Part shown: one piece after another, positions 1 to 9,657 of the stretch
How positions within the stretch are numbered: position 1 is the stretch's first letter
How the letters are laid out: every line of letters starts with the position of its first letter
Source: a virus
Virus record (IMG/VR): IMGVR_UViG_3300023174_005819
Coordinates: 1 to 64,000 of that record
Reading direction: 5' to 3' (one strand)
DNA: 64,000 bases
Program-made: the position numbers and the translations under genes
Notes under the pieces: generated by a model
Databases searched by the model: none
What the model was told of the DNA's origin: nothing
What the model saw: only the letters and a program-made list of their open reading frames with translations

Positions 1-2062
1 CCAAATTATAAGTTGGATTGACTTGATCGAATTTAATATCAATTTCAGCCAATTTTAAAAACTCAAGAGCTTCGCCAACCTTCTTGAAGTTCGATTTTGC
101 ATAGAACATAACCGCACTCAAATATTGGGCAAACTCTGAATTTTCTTTTTCAATAAGTTCGTGCAAATCTTTCTTTTGCACATTTTGAACAAGATCAGCA
201 AAGTTATTATCTTCTTTGTTATGCTTGTCCCAATGATTCTTGTCTGTGATTTGCTGTGATAGTTTAGAATACTCCTTGCGGATTCCATCTTCGAGATGTT
301 TCCAGAGGCTTGTAAGATTTTTATTTTTATTAATAATCTTTTTCTTGGATTCAAAAGTTTTGGATTTGATTCCATAAACTTCTGGAAGTTTCTCGCCAGT
401 AAGTTCTTCATACTTCTCAAGAATATCTTTTAGAGTTCCATTTCTAAATTCGTGTTCTTTGCCTTGAGCTTGGAAGTTGCTGATCTCTACATAGATAGCA
501 GTATCATTTGCTAAATCCATAGCCATAGTCTCCCAATTATTAGAATTAGTTCCCCAATTCGTAGCATCTTTACGCTTAAACTTAAAGATTTGAGAGGAAT
601 GTTTTGGATTCTTACTGGTTACAACGCTAGTTCCAGAATTAATCTTCTGAATTGTAATCTTCTCATAATCAGAGAGATTCAAATAATTCTCATTAACAAT
701 ACCAAGTTCCTTGTTAAAGGAATCTTTCGTTGCTTGATCTACGAATGTAAATACATAAGCACCATCAATCTTGTCTCCTAATTCATTCCAAAGAGTAGCA
801 AGACGATGAGTTACTCCCATAGCTGAACCAGTATCATTGACTAGGATTTTATGCGTCTTTTCACAAAGAATCCTTTTAGCTTCATTCTCTGAATTTAATT
901 TTGTGCTTCTGCGAGACTTCTGATAAAACTTTGAAGTCAATTTGCCATTCTCAATCATCTTCGCAATCTTATCATTGAAATCAATATGATTATCAGTAAT
1001 AGTTTTGCTATTCCAAGTAACCTTGTTGCTCAAAGCATTACGAACAATGTAACCCAAACTGCCATAAGTTCCAAAGACTTCATTATAAAGAGCTTTGGCA
1101 TCATAGATGTTTGTAGAATCTTTGAATTGTTGAGAGATGCACTCTGCCATCTCCTTCTTAATCTTGCGAAACTTTTCTCTGATAGCTTTTCTAGTCTTTT
1201 CAGTATATTCTAGATTCTCACGGCTTGCTGTAATATCTAGTTCGCCAAGTTCAAACTCGACTTCAAATCCTTGAGAGCAAATACTTTGCTCATCAGAATC
1301 TTCTTTGAATTGCACATCGCTAGTTTCGATAGGATAACCAACTCCCATAATAGCAACAGATTCTTTACCATAGCTAGAGTTATTATAATAAGCCCAACCA
1401 TTACCTTTAAATACTGGTGTGCGATCATAGATTTCTGATAAATCTTCTTTTCTTGCACCTTTGATAATTGGTTTGTTCTTGAAATACTTAAACAATTCTT
1501 GAGCAGTAGACAAGAAGGTTTCTGTATCTTCTTCTTTGATTGGAACAGAAATTAATACGCCAGTAGGCTCGGAAGATTTTTCTTCCTTGAGCTTAACAAT
1601 CTTACCAATTTTAGTTTCATCAATAAAAGCATTGTAAGTAGTTTTCTTGCCATCGTGATAAGAAATCAAAACAAAGTTATCACCATAGCTAAATGGTGCA
1701 AACTTACCAATACCATAATATCCAATAGCAGAATTACTATTGCGTTTGGTAGATTCACCATAGTAGCAATAAAGATTCTTAATATCATCGGCAGAAAGAC
1801 CATTACCAAAATCTCTGATAGTTAAGGTAGGCTCTAGCTTGGTAGGAAGTTTAATCTCAATCGGACGCTTGCTCTTTGCTTCAATATTAGCGTCTTGTGC
1901 ATTACAAGTAATCTCACGCAAAACTGCGAGAGGTTTGTTGGAATACAACTGATTGCGAAGGATGTTAAAGATATAAGGAAGTCCAGATTGCTTGATTCCG
2001 AAACTTACGGATTCAAAACTATCGGACTCGACTACATTGATTGGTTTTTCGATTAATTTCAT
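1..2062 (-). CDS. rIIA: rIIA-like protein (N-terminal GHKL/HATPase domain); runs off the left edge of the window
   Basis: Not in the ORF track; N-terminal part translated by hand from ATG at 2062: MKLIEKPINVVESDSFESVSFGIKQSGLPYIFNILRNQLYSNKPLAVLREITCNAQDA...LTIRDFGNGLS...YGESTKRNSNSAIGYYGIGKFAPFSY. These are the GHKL motifs typical of T4 rIIA homologues. Confidence 0.85.
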   Translation of the reverse strand, partial: MKLIEKPINVVESDSFESVSFGIKQSGLPYIFNILRNQLYSNKPLAVLREITCNAQDANIEAKSKRPIEIKLPTKLEPTLTIRDFGNGLSADDIKNLYCYYGESTKRNSNSAIGYYGIGKFAPFSYGDNFVLISYHDGKKTTYNAFIDETKIGKIVKLKEEKSSEPTGVLISVPIKEEDTETFLSTAQELFKYFKNKPIIKGARKEDLSEIYDRTPVFKGNGWAYYNNSSYGKESVAIMGVGYPIETSDVQFKEDSDEQSICSQGFEVEFELGELDITASRENLEYTEKTRKAIREKFRKIKKEMAECISQQFKDSTNIYDAKALYNEVFGTYGSLGYIVRNALSNKVTWNSKTITDNHIDFNDKIAKMIENGKLTSKFYQKSRRSTKLNSENEAKRILCEKTHKILVNDTGSAMGVTHRLATLWNELGDKIDGAYVFTFVDQATKDSFNKELGIVNENYLNLSDYEKITIQKINSGTSVVTSKNPKHSSQIFKFKRKDATNWGTNSNNWETMAMDLANDTAIYVEISNFQAQGKEHEFRNGTLKDILEKYEELTGEKLPEVYGIKSKTFESKKKIINKNKNLTSLWKHLEDGIRKEYSKLSQQITDKNHWDKHNKEDNNFADLVQNVQKKDLHELIEKENSEFAQYLSAVMFYAKSNFKKVGEALEFLKLAEIDIKFDQVNPTYNL

Positions 2063-2068
2063 ATATTG

Positions 2069-2097
2069 AATTTAAATTAAATTTAAAATGATGTCAA
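2069..2097 (-). promoter_or_regulatory. sigma70-type promoter directly upstream of rIIA
   Basis: TTGACA (2097-2092), 17 nt, TAAATT (2074-2069), 6 nt, ATG. Confidence 0.7.
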
Positions 2098-2105
2098 ATA
2101 ATATT

Positions 2106-3218
2106 TTATTCGTAGCTATCTCTGTCAATAGCAATCACATACGGAAATCTTGGCACTTCATCTGGCGTATAATTGAAGAATTTTATGGTAGCTTTCTTGC
2201 CAACCAAATCATTTCTTTGCTTGTAAAGTTCTTTAAGATAACCAAAATCACCTTTGATATTACTCTTGAAGTATTTACCTTTAGCATTTGTAAATTCCAT
2301 ATAGCCAGCAGTTCCTTTGCGGTTGCCTTCGCCTTCTTTTACTCCATTGATAATAAACTCTGCATCCATAAACTCTTTTCTTTTAAGAAGAAACTTACTA
2401 CGCTTATTCTCGTAAGGTCTATTTAGTCTAATCATTTGACCTTCGTAACCATTCTCCATATACATTTCATAAGATTCAGTAAGTTCTTTTTCGCTATTTA
2501 CTTTTAAAGTAGTAACGACAACAATGCTTGTGTATTTTCTTTTAGTAAGAGCATTGGAAACTGCTTCATACCTTTCGTAGAATAAATCTTTCTCATTTAA
2601 CAAACCAATTTTAGGTGCATCATAAACCCAATATTGAATACTATCTGCACTTTCTTCTAGTTCTTCGTCAGTAGGTTTAGTTCTTTTTACAAGAGAGCAA
2701 ATCTTATTAAAATCATTTGCAAACTTATCACAATATAACTCACCATCAAGAATTGCATTAGGATAATCTTTAAAGAATAAATCTAAATTCTGGCGAATGT
2801 GCGGTGCAGAAATAATCTTCTTGCCATTTCTGCTAAACATTCCATCTTTAGTTACGATACAACGAATACCATCAAGTTTAGGTTGGCTATAAACTGGATA
2901 AGCAATTTCGTGATCTTCATACTTTTGTGCAAGCATTGGCTCAAAGTATTGAACCTTATTAATATCTTTGATAGATTCAAAGTAACCAGATTCTAATTTC
3001 TTCTTGCGTTTTGCTTCTGCTTCTTTGATCGCTTGTTCTTCTGGAGTAGTAGCATTTGCTCTGCCAGCATTTTTAATATCACAATCACTCCAATTATTAG
3101 TAATCTTTTCACCATCTGTTTGACCAGAGATCGTGCGATATTGATTTCCTTTAACTTCGATAGTCCATTCTTGGACTTTGCCAGTTTTAGTCTTTTTATA
3201 AATTGTAGGTAACTTCAT
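2106..3218 (-). CDS. lig: ATP-dependent DNA ligase
   Basis: Adenylation motif QPKLDGIRC, plus LDGELY, YEGQMIR, LLKRKEF and a C-terminal PRFP. Confidence 0.93.
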   Translation of the reverse strand: MKLPTIYKKTKTGKVQEWTIEVKGNQYRTISGQTDGEKITNNWSDCDIKNAGRANATTPEEQAIKEAEAKRKKKLESGYFESIKDINKVQYFEPMLAQKYEDHEIAYPVYSQPKLDGIRCIVTKDGMFSRNGKKIISAPHIRQNLDLFFKDYPNAILDGELYCDKFANDFNKICSLVKRTKPTDEELEESADSIQYWVYDAPKIGLLNEKDLFYERYEAVSNALTKRKYTSIVVVTTLKVNSEKELTESYEMYMENGYEGQMIRLNRPYENKRSKFLLKRKEFMDAEFIINGVKEGEGNRKGTAGYMEFTNAKGKYFKSNIKGDFGYLKELYKQRNDLVGKKATIKFFNYTPDEVPRFPYVIAIDRDSYE

Positions 3219-3224
3219 ACTTCC

Positions 3225-3253
3225 AGTATATGCTGGACTAATAGATTCGTCAA
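3225..3253 (-). promoter_or_regulatory. sigma70-type promoter for the ligase (near-leaderless)
   Basis: TTGACG (3253-3248), 17 nt, TATACT (3230-3225), 6 nt, ATG. Confidence 0.75.
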
Positions 3254-3435
3254 ATTTTGTTTCTTTTTGATTTAGAAGGTTTTGCGACTTTGATTAAAGA
3301 AAAACTTCCATCTTTATTATAATGCCAATCAATAGTATCTCCGATTTCCCATCCCATTTTTTTCATCAATTTATCTGGAAATTCTAGATATAAATGTCCA
3401 TCTTCTGATTTTTGGATTGGAATATTATATTTCAT
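3250..3435 (-). CDS. AbrB/MazE-like small DNA-binding protein
   Basis: LYLEFPDKLMKKMGWEIGDTIDW matches the swapped-hairpin AbrB pattern. Confidence 0.6.
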   Translation of the reverse strand: MKYNIPIQKSEDGHLYLEFPDKLMKKMGWEIGDTIDWHYNKDGSFSLIKVAKPSKSKRNKI

Positions 3436-4172
3436 ATAAGTTCAAGTCTAATATAATTATTTGATATGTCAAGAGTTTTATATTGTCTAGGTTGCCAATC
3501 TGGTTTCTCTTGAGCAATTTGAATATTTCGCCTAAAGTCCATATTCTTTTGATCTAAACAATGGATATATCTTAAATAATCATCGTGATTAATATGATAC
3601 ATATATCTTTTTATATCAAAGAATATTATTCTTTGTAGAGATTTAAATTCTTGCCACCAGTTTTTTACTTCAATTTTTTTTGCTAGTAATCTATTATATA
3701 AATCTTCATCTTCATATCCCCAAATTGGCATTAAATTCTCATTGTAACCCTTACCAAAATCTTTTTTATTAACCAAAAGAAATCCCATTGAGCCAAGATA
3801 AAAAGAAGCACATCCAGTAATAAAATAATTAACTAATTCTCCATTATTAATATTTTGATATTTTAACCAAGATTCATTTAAATTTATATAATCTACATCT
3901 AATTTAAGTAAAACTTTATTGCTTGGGTCTGTGTATTGGGATGCTAGATTAAGAGCTAAACATCTATAATAATATTTTTGATTTTCTACTCTTATAACTT
4001 TTATATTATATTCTTGCATTTGTTTTATTAAAACTTTATTATTTATGATTGGTTGTTTAGAATCCCAATCTACTATTACAAAATCTTTTATAAGAGGAAT
4101 TTTTGTCCAAGTTGGAAGCATTTGTTCCAATCTGTCTGTTCTATTTTTTAATGCTAAAATACAAGAAATCAT
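3432..4172 (-). CDS. GT-A glycosyltransferase (GT2/GT7-like)
   Basis: VIVDW, LKLDVD (DxD) and GYNENLMPIWGYEDEDL (galactosyltransferase C-terminal motif). Confidence 0.75.
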   Translation of the reverse strand: MISCILALKNRTDRLEQMLPTWTKIPLIKDFVIVDWDSKQPIINNKVLIKQMQEYNIKVIRVENQKYYYRCLALNLASQYTDPSNKVLLKLDVDYINLNESWLKYQNINNGELVNYFITGCASFYLGSMGFLLVNKKDFGKGYNENLMPIWGYEDEDLYNRLLAKKIEVKNWWQEFKSLQRIIFFDIKRYMYHINHDDYLRYIHCLDQKNMDFRRNIQIAQEKPDWQPRQYKTLDISNNYIRLELI

Positions 4173-4978
4173 ATAATTCTTTTTAAGGTAAAATAGTTAT
4201 CTGATTTATATATTATATCATATTTTTGCGGAGTCCATATAGTTTTATTTTTTGCTATAAAATCATTAATTGACGCTTTTCTGAATATATCTTCTTTTAT
4301 GGAATTATTTGATATTTTATAGTTTCCTTTTAAATTCGCTACTCTTTCTTCATCTGATGTATTAATATTAGAAATATATTTTTGTATATTAAAGAAAATT
4401 ATTTTTCTTGAATTTGTCCATTCAGAAATTTGAGGTCTTTGAAATTTAGAAAGTAAATAACGATCTAATCTTAAATTTAAATCAATATCGTCATAACCCC
4501 AAACTGCTTCAAAATTTTCATTGTAGCCTTTCACATTTTCAAAATCTTTTTTATTTACCAAAAGAAATCCAGAAGAATCTTTAGAAAATAAATTACTTCC
4601 AGATAAAAAATATTTGTTTAAGATATATGGAGAATTTTTTGATTCGTCAAGTTTAATTAAATTTAAATAATTAATCCAGCTTGAATCAATATTTGAAGAA
4701 TCTGCATCTAGTTTTAGTATAATTTCATTATCTATATATTTGCTTGCTAAATTCCAAGCAAGACAACGATAAAAAAATTTCTCATTTTCTACTCGAATTA
4801 TTTTAATATTTTTATTTTTATAAGTTTCGTTTTTAATAATAGGACTTTCTATAATCGGTTCGTTAGAACTCCAATCAACTATAACAAAATCTTTAATCTC
4901 TGGAATGTTAGTCCAAGTTGGAAGTATTTGTTCTAACTGCTTTGTTCTATTCATTACGGATATTATACAAGAGATCAT
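4169..4978 (-). CDS. GT-A glycosyltransferase (GT2/GT7-like), paralogue of 3432-4172
   Basis: LKLDAD and VKGYNENFEAVWGYDDIDL; N-terminus closely similar to the neighbouring gene. Confidence 0.75.
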   Translation of the reverse strand: MISCIISVMNRTKQLEQILPTWTNIPEIKDFVIVDWSSNEPIIESPIIKNETYKNKNIKIIRVENEKFFYRCLAWNLASKYIDNEIILKLDADSSNIDSSWINYLNLIKLDESKNSPYILNKYFLSGSNLFSKDSSGFLLVNKKDFENVKGYNENFEAVWGYDDIDLNLRLDRYLLSKFQRPQISEWTNSRKIIFFNIQKYISNINTSDEERVANLKGNYKISNNSIKEDIFRKASINDFIAKNKTIWTPQKYDIIYKSDNYFTLKRII

Positions 4979-4979
4979 A

Positions 4980-5999
4980 TTAAATTATTTTATTTAAAGT
5001 TATTGTATTGTGAGTTTTTATATTTGATATAGGAATATCAAAATTTTTTATCATTTGTTCGTATTTGATAGACGAGATATTAATTGCATCTTCAAAAACT
5101 TTGTGAAAATTTAAAAAATTTTCATTAAGATAAATCATAGATGGACTAGGAGAAATTAAATTAGAAAGATTGCAACATATTTGTGGTTTTTTAAAAGAAA
5201 AAATATGGTTGTAATTTGAACTTATAACATCGTAGTAATAACCTTTAGTTGGATTATTGACTAGAAGATTTAAAATATAATCTGAATCATTAATCTCGTT
5301 ATAGAAATCAATTTCATTTAAATCTGATTTTATATTTATATATTTAATATTTTTTAAATTAGAATCTATGTTATTTGCGTATTGACCCATTATATTTATT
5401 TCAAAATCTCTTTGAGAATTAATTTTTGTTTTTGTTAAAGATATAAGATTGGAGAGATCCCTAAATTTAGAATTAAATCTTCCCATCAGTAAAATTTTTA
5501 TTTTTTGATTTAATTTTATTTTTTGTGGTAAAATTCTTGATAATGGATTATCTAATGGAAATAAATAATTTAAACCAAATGTTTGAGCCATAGGACTTAA
5601 ACCTATTAAAACAGGATTGGTGAAATCTTTTTTTAAAAAATCAAAATTATTTATATGAGAGGGTTTATGTATCGGTAAAATTATTTTAGATTTAAAATCT
5701 TGTATAATTTTATTGTCATAATTGGGAGTAGATTTAGATTCTTGTATTTGATTTGCTTTATCCTTGTGGGCGTTTATTGGAGTAATTAAAAATGCTTTTT
5801 TAAAATTATTTTTATGATCTGGACTATATTGTTTAATATAATTTAAATTATATTTTTGAAGTAAATCTAATAAATTATAATTATTATGAATAGAATAAAT
5901 ATAAGGATCAAAATTATTGGATTCTAATATTCCATAGAAAGCTAAAACAACTTCTGTATGGTAGTCTGTATTGTTTAAAATTAAAATTTTCTCCTTCAT
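4980..5999 (-). CDS. hypothetical protein, possibly a GT-B glycosyltransferase
   Basis: 339-aa ORF; C-terminal half (LLMGRF...FYNEINDSDYIL...FKKPQI) loosely resembles GT-B; glycosyltransferase neighbours. Confidence 0.4.
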   Translation of the reverse strand: MKEKILILNNTDYHTEVVLAFYGILESNNFDPYIYSIHNNYNLLDLLQKYNLNYIKQYSPDHKNNFKKAFLITPINAHKDKANQIQESKSTPNYDNKIIQDFKSKIILPIHKPSHINNFDFLKKDFTNPVLIGLSPMAQTFGLNYLFPLDNPLSRILPQKIKLNQKIKILLMGRFNSKFRDLSNLISLTKTKINSQRDFEINIMGQYANNIDSNLKNIKYINIKSDLNEIDFYNEINDSDYILNLLVNNPTKGYYYDVISSNYNHIFSFKKPQICCNLSNLISPSPSMIYLNENFLNFHKVFEDAINISSIKYEQMIKNFDIPISNIKTHNTITLNKII

Positions 6000-6006
6000 A
6001 GGAGAA

Positions 6007-6654
6007 TTATCTAGGGCTTAAAAATCTTATAGCTTTCCTAATTGCTTTCCATTGTAGCCAATTCAAGAAATTAATAATCTTGACAATCCCAATAGAAAGT
6101 TTCCATTCAATAAGATTCATAGTCTTAACATAATATTTAAAATAAAAACTATAAACTGGACATTTCATTTTTCTTTCGTGATCTTCTATTTCTTTCATAA
6201 AAGATTCTTGTGCCTCTATTCTTTGACCAGATGAATTTTTTTCTATGGGCTTAATTAAGGATATTTCTCTTAATAAACCTTGGACTACAACGCATTTCCA
6301 GTCTGGAAAGTAATCATAGCTTTCCTTGGTTTTGCCAGAGATGTAAGCACCAAAAGTAAATGTGCCAGTATAATCATCTCTAAAAACTTCTTCTCTACTA
6401 TCTTCTACCAATTTATTCTTATTAAAAAATTCACCAAATCTACTACCATCTTTTACATAATCTGGATTATCTTCCCAATGGCTAGTTATTTTTAATTCAA
6501 ATAATCTATAATCACGAATAATATAAGTAGACATAAGACTTTCTTCTAGTTCTTTTGTTTGAAATTCTTCTTTCTTGAAATCAATATTAAGAGCTTTCAA
6601 CTCATCATTAAGAGGTAAATCTTGCTCCACTTTGATATAATTAAACATACCCAT
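6007..6654 (-). CDS. hypothetical phage protein
   Basis: Probable start MGMFNYIK at 6654, just after a TTGACA...TATAAT promoter; the track start of 6699 lies upstream of that promoter. Confidence 0.6.
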   Translation of the reverse strand: MGMFNYIKVEQDLPLNDELKALNIDFKKEEFQTKELEESLMSTYIIRDYRLFELKITSHWEDNPDYVKDGSRFGEFFNKNKLVEDSREEVFRDDYTGTFTFGAYISGKTKESYDYFPDWKCVVVQGLLREISLIKPIEKNSSGQRIEAQESFMKEIEDHERKMKCPVYSFYFKYYVKTMNLIEWKLSIGIVKIINFLNWLQWKAIRKAIRFLSPR

Positions 6655-6692
6655 ATAATATATTATATAGTTATTTAAGATATTGTCAAATT

Positions 6693-6782
6693 TTACCAAT
6701 GATGAATTGCATTTATAATAAGCACAATATTAGCTATCACACCTAATATAACAATAAACATTTCATATAATTTATGAGTCAT
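6693..6782 (-). CDS. small membrane peptide (29 aa)
   Basis: Hand-translated MTHKLYEMFIVILGVIANIVLIINAIHHW; ATG overlaps the uvsE stop (ATGA); one hydrophobic helix. Confidence 0.5.
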   Translation of the reverse strand: MTHKLYEMFIVILGVIANIVLIINAIHHW

Positions 6783-7678
6783 AGTTTGGCGAAAGATTGT
6801 TCTTTCATCTTTAATTCAAAATCAACATCTATATTATCATAACCATAAGTATTGGGCAAGAACTTTGCGTAGTCTGCGTGTTTGCGTGGATTCTTATGAC
6901 CATCAATGCTTTCGGAGTAATGAAATAGTGGAGTATGATTGCCCCAAGTAATTCGTGCAAGATGAAATGCTTGTTCTTCTGATAGATTATCTGAATGGCA
7001 TTTGTGATGAAGATAATCGAAAGTAATGGGGATATTAGAAATAGAATGAAAATACTTCATAAGTTTCTTAACTGACCAGCAAGTATCTTTATCATCATTT
7101 TCTATTACTAATCTAGACTTAACATCATCTGATAGTCTTTGAAAGTTGCTCATAAACTTCTTTACTATGTCATTTAGATTGCCCTTGGAATTATGTATGT
7201 GCATATTCATAGGAGAATCATAGTTAAGAGGACAACCGATTTGAGTCATAAACCAACCATAATGATTTAATTCTTTGATTGTTTTAGTTATGGCATTTTC
7301 GTTATCACTTGCAAGAACATTAAATTCACTAGGATGGCAAGATACTCTTACATTCCTAGATTGAATAAGATGTTTGATACTATCAAATGATACTAATATT
7401 TTATGATAATCTGGTAAATCTTCTAGCTTTACATTTGCTTTGTCATAAGTAATAAGAGGAAATAGATCAGAAGAAATTCGATAAGTATGATTATGGTCTG
7501 CACAATACTTTATGTATTGATATGTAGTAGTCATATTGTTTAATATTCTAGAAGATAAGGTAGAAAGAGCTTCTTTCCTATCCATAGATGAGAAACGAGC
7601 ATAAGTCATAGTATTGAACTTGATAGGATTATCTTGTTCAGTTAGACTTAATACAATGCAACAAACTCCTTTTCGCAT
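6779..7678 (-). CDS. uvsE: UV DNA damage endonuclease
   Basis: YRISSDLFP, RVSCHPSEFNVLAS, MNMHI, RLVIENDD, PITFDYLHH, PLFHYSES, HADY, DFELKMKE. Confidence 0.93.
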   Translation of the reverse strand: MRKGVCCIVLSLTEQDNPIKFNTMTYARFSSMDRKEALSTLSSRILNNMTTTYQYIKYCADHNHTYRISSDLFPLITYDKANVKLEDLPDYHKILVSFDSIKHLIQSRNVRVSCHPSEFNVLASDNENAITKTIKELNHYGWFMTQIGCPLNYDSPMNMHIHNSKGNLNDIVKKFMSNFQRLSDDVKSRLVIENDDKDTCWSVKKLMKYFHSISNIPITFDYLHHKCHSDNLSEEQAFHLARITWGNHTPLFHYSESIDGHKNPRKHADYAKFLPNTYGYDNIDVDFELKMKEQSFAKL

Positions 7679-7684
7679 TATTCA

Positions 7685-7713
7685 AATATAATATAAGTTG
7701 TCAAACTTGTCAA
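7685..7713 (-). promoter_or_regulatory. sigma70-type promoter for uvsE (near-leaderless)
   Basis: TTGACA (7713-7708), 17 nt, TATATT (7690-7685), 6 nt, ATG. Confidence 0.75.
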
Positions 7714-8091
7714 TTAAACTTTTTCAAAGAATCCAAAGCTATTTAACCTTGTTGCTCCGTGATACTTATACTTAATAGTAAAACTTTCTGGTTCAATAAT
7801 AGATAAGAATTTCTTACCTTCTTCTGTTTCATACAAATAATAATCTTGACCTATGATACATTCTATTCTGCACTCAAAACTATCAACAAAAGTATTCCAT
7901 TCGTGCAAAGAAACTAACGCATCATACTCTGTCTTAATTTCTTCTAAACGAGTTTCTATTTTTTTATTTAGATTTAAATGTCTAACTTGTTGTAGCTTAC
8001 CAAGATCAGCAAGCTCAATTTTTGGAGCAGAGTATTCTGCTATGTATGAGGAACTTGCACGATTTTCCAAAACTCTTTTTGGGTCTGTCAT
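7714..8091 (-). CDS. DUF2452-like protein
   Basis: IIGQDYYLYETEEGKKFLSIIEP resembles the DUF2452 C-terminal motif. Confidence 0.5.
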   Translation of the reverse strand: MTDPKRVLENRASSSYIAEYSAPKIELADLGKLQQVRHLNLNKKIETRLEEIKTEYDALVSLHEWNTFVDSFECRIECIIGQDYYLYETEEGKKFLSIIEPESFTIKYKYHGATRLNSFGFFEKV

Positions 8092-8264
8092 TTGTAAATA
8101 TATGTAGATGAACCATTATGGTTTTTTAATTCCTTTTTAATCAACGACTTATCTCTTTCGTCTGACCAATTTATACTATCAAAGTTTTCTTTAAACCTAT
8201 TAGAGAAACAATTTCTTGCTTTATCGCCTTTTCCAGCACCATTATTTGAACTTTTTTCGTTCAT
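8088..8264 (-). CDS. small hypothetical phage protein (58 aa)
   Basis: Hand-translated MNEKSSNNGAGKGDKARNCFSNRFKENFDSINWSDERDKSLIKKELKNHNGSSTYIYK; stop overlaps the next start (ATGA). Confidence 0.65.
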   Translation of the reverse strand: MNEKSSNNGAGKGDKARNCFSNRFKENFDSINWSDERDKSLIKKELKNHNGSSTYIYK

Positions 8265-8360
8265 ATATTTGGCTTTTTTCTGTTAGCAAATATGACTATA
8301 TTTGGAAATATCGCGTTAGCAAATATAAGTATATATTTGGCTAAATCTCGTTAGCAAATA
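8264..8360. repeat. three tandem copies of a 29-bp element TATATTTGG-N9-GTTAGCAAATA
   Basis: Copies at 8264-8292, 8297-8325 and 8332-8360 with different 9-nt cores (CTTTTTTCT, AAATATCGC, CTAAATCTC). Confidence 0.85.
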
Positions 8361-8654
8361 TTACTTTTTGAAATCACCAAGATCACGATCAAAAGAAAAC
8401 TTTCCAGGTTTTTCTACAAGACCTTCATAAGTTTCCTCTGTGCATCCAGCCATTTCAGTAAATGGAGCTACTACTGCAAAAATTCCAAATGCACCAATAG
8501 TTGCTGCGGTTGAGATTGGGCGAACAAATACTAAATCTCCCGCTGATAGAAAACCATCTGCTACTGGAGTAGACTCGCTTTGAGTTCCAGAATCAGAGAA
8601 GCCTAAAGAGGCAGAAAATAGTGCTATTAATACTAGTGTTTTAATTTTATTCAT
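8361..8654 (-). CDS. exported/membrane hypothetical protein
   Basis: Signal-peptide-like N-terminus (MNKIKTLVLIALFSASLGFS) and hydrophobic DLVFVRPISTAATIGAFGIFAVVAPF; own TTGACA-17-TATAAT promoter. Confidence 0.6.
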   Translation of the reverse strand: MNKIKTLVLIALFSASLGFSDSGTQSESTPVADGFLSAGDLVFVRPISTAATIGAFGIFAVVAPFTEMAGCTEETYEGLVEKPGKFSFDRDLGDFKK

Positions 8655-8716
8655 ATTAATATATTATATATAAAACATAGATATTTGTCAATTATATTTT
8701 ATAATATTTATATCAA

Positions 8717-9619
8717 ATGATCAAAATTAATGATTTATTAGAAAGAATTTTATTTCTTAAAAAAGAAAATAATAAATTATATTTTATAAATAAAAATAAC
8801 GATAAAGATTGGTGGTCAAAAACATCTCCTAGACTAGTTAAATATATTTTAGATAATCCATCTGTTATGCCAGATGAGGATGGATTTTATTTGATTTTAA
8901 CATCAGAAAGAATTGGGTCTATTGATTTAAAAGATTGGATTTCAGATGAAACATTTAATATATTAAAAAACAATAATATAAAAATTGGAGTTTCAACTAG
9001 TTTAGAAAAAGACTCTTGTAATATTATATGTATACCAAATTATTTTATATTAATAGATGGCAAAAAATATCATGATTATTTTTTATCAAAAAGTAAGATA
9101 AATCATAATTGGGAATTTAAATCTAATGATCTTATATATATGGGGACATTAAATTGTAACTTTAGAATAAATGCAATTAATCTTCTAAAAGAAAATGGAT
9201 TTAAAAAATTATTTACAAGACAAAACACAAATATTAATAATATATCTTATGATGAACATATTAATTATAAATTTATTCTAGATTTACCAACAGAGCATCA
9301 ATATAATTATGACTATTCTTGGGCTATTTGGAAAAAATTTTATTTTAAATCAGTAGTTTTTCATTTATCTTTACCGCAAAAACATCATACATTTTTTTAT
9401 GATCATTTTAAAGATGGTGAGCATTGGATTATTTGTAAAAATGTAAATGATATTATAGAAAAATATAATTATTATCTTAATAATCAATTAGAGGCTAAAA
9501 GAATAGCTGAAAATGGTTATAATAAAATCATATCAATTGTTAATAATTATGATAATGAATATAAAAAATACTTGCAAAAATGCAGAAATAATTTACATCA
9601 CCTTAAATACTTTATTTAA
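8717..9619 (+). CDS. glycosyltransferase, GT90/CAP10-like
   Basis: ISYDEHINYKFILDL...FFYDHFKDGEHWI...AKRIAENG matches the GT90-type C-terminus. Confidence 0.6.
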   Translation: MIKINDLLERILFLKKENNKLYFINKNNDKDWWSKTSPRLVKYILDNPSVMPDEDGFYLILTSERIGSIDLKDWISDETFNILKNNNIKIGVSTSLEKDSCNIICIPNYFILIDGKKYHDYFLSKSKINHNWEFKSNDLIYMGTLNCNFRINAINLLKENGFKKLFTRQNTNINNISYDEHINYKFILDLPTEHQYNYDYSWAIWKKFYFKSVVFHLSLPQKHHTFFYDHFKDGEHWIICKNVNDIIEKYNYYLNNQLEAKRIAENGYNKIISIVNNYDNEYKKYLQKCRNNLHHLKYFI

Positions 9620-9622
9620 TTA

Positions 9623-9651
9623 TATATTTGAGATTTTTTTGTTAGCAAATA
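9623..9651. repeat. fourth, isolated copy of the 29-bp element
   Basis: TATATTTG-AGATTTTTTT-GTTAGCAAATA; same length and orientation as the copies at 8264-8360. Confidence 0.8.
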
Positions 9652-9657
9652 AAGATA

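Noticed and set aside
118-1458. Short ORFs listed in the first 1.5 kb
   Set aside because: They are alternate-frame or antisense shadows inside the rIIA gene, which the track missed because it runs off the window.
8264-8360. CRISPR mini-array, TIGR array or integron attC sites
   Set aside because: The 9-nt variable parts are too short for CRISPR spacers. There are no box C/D motifs, dual-spacer units or Nop-domain gene. Units are far shorter than attC and no integrase is present.
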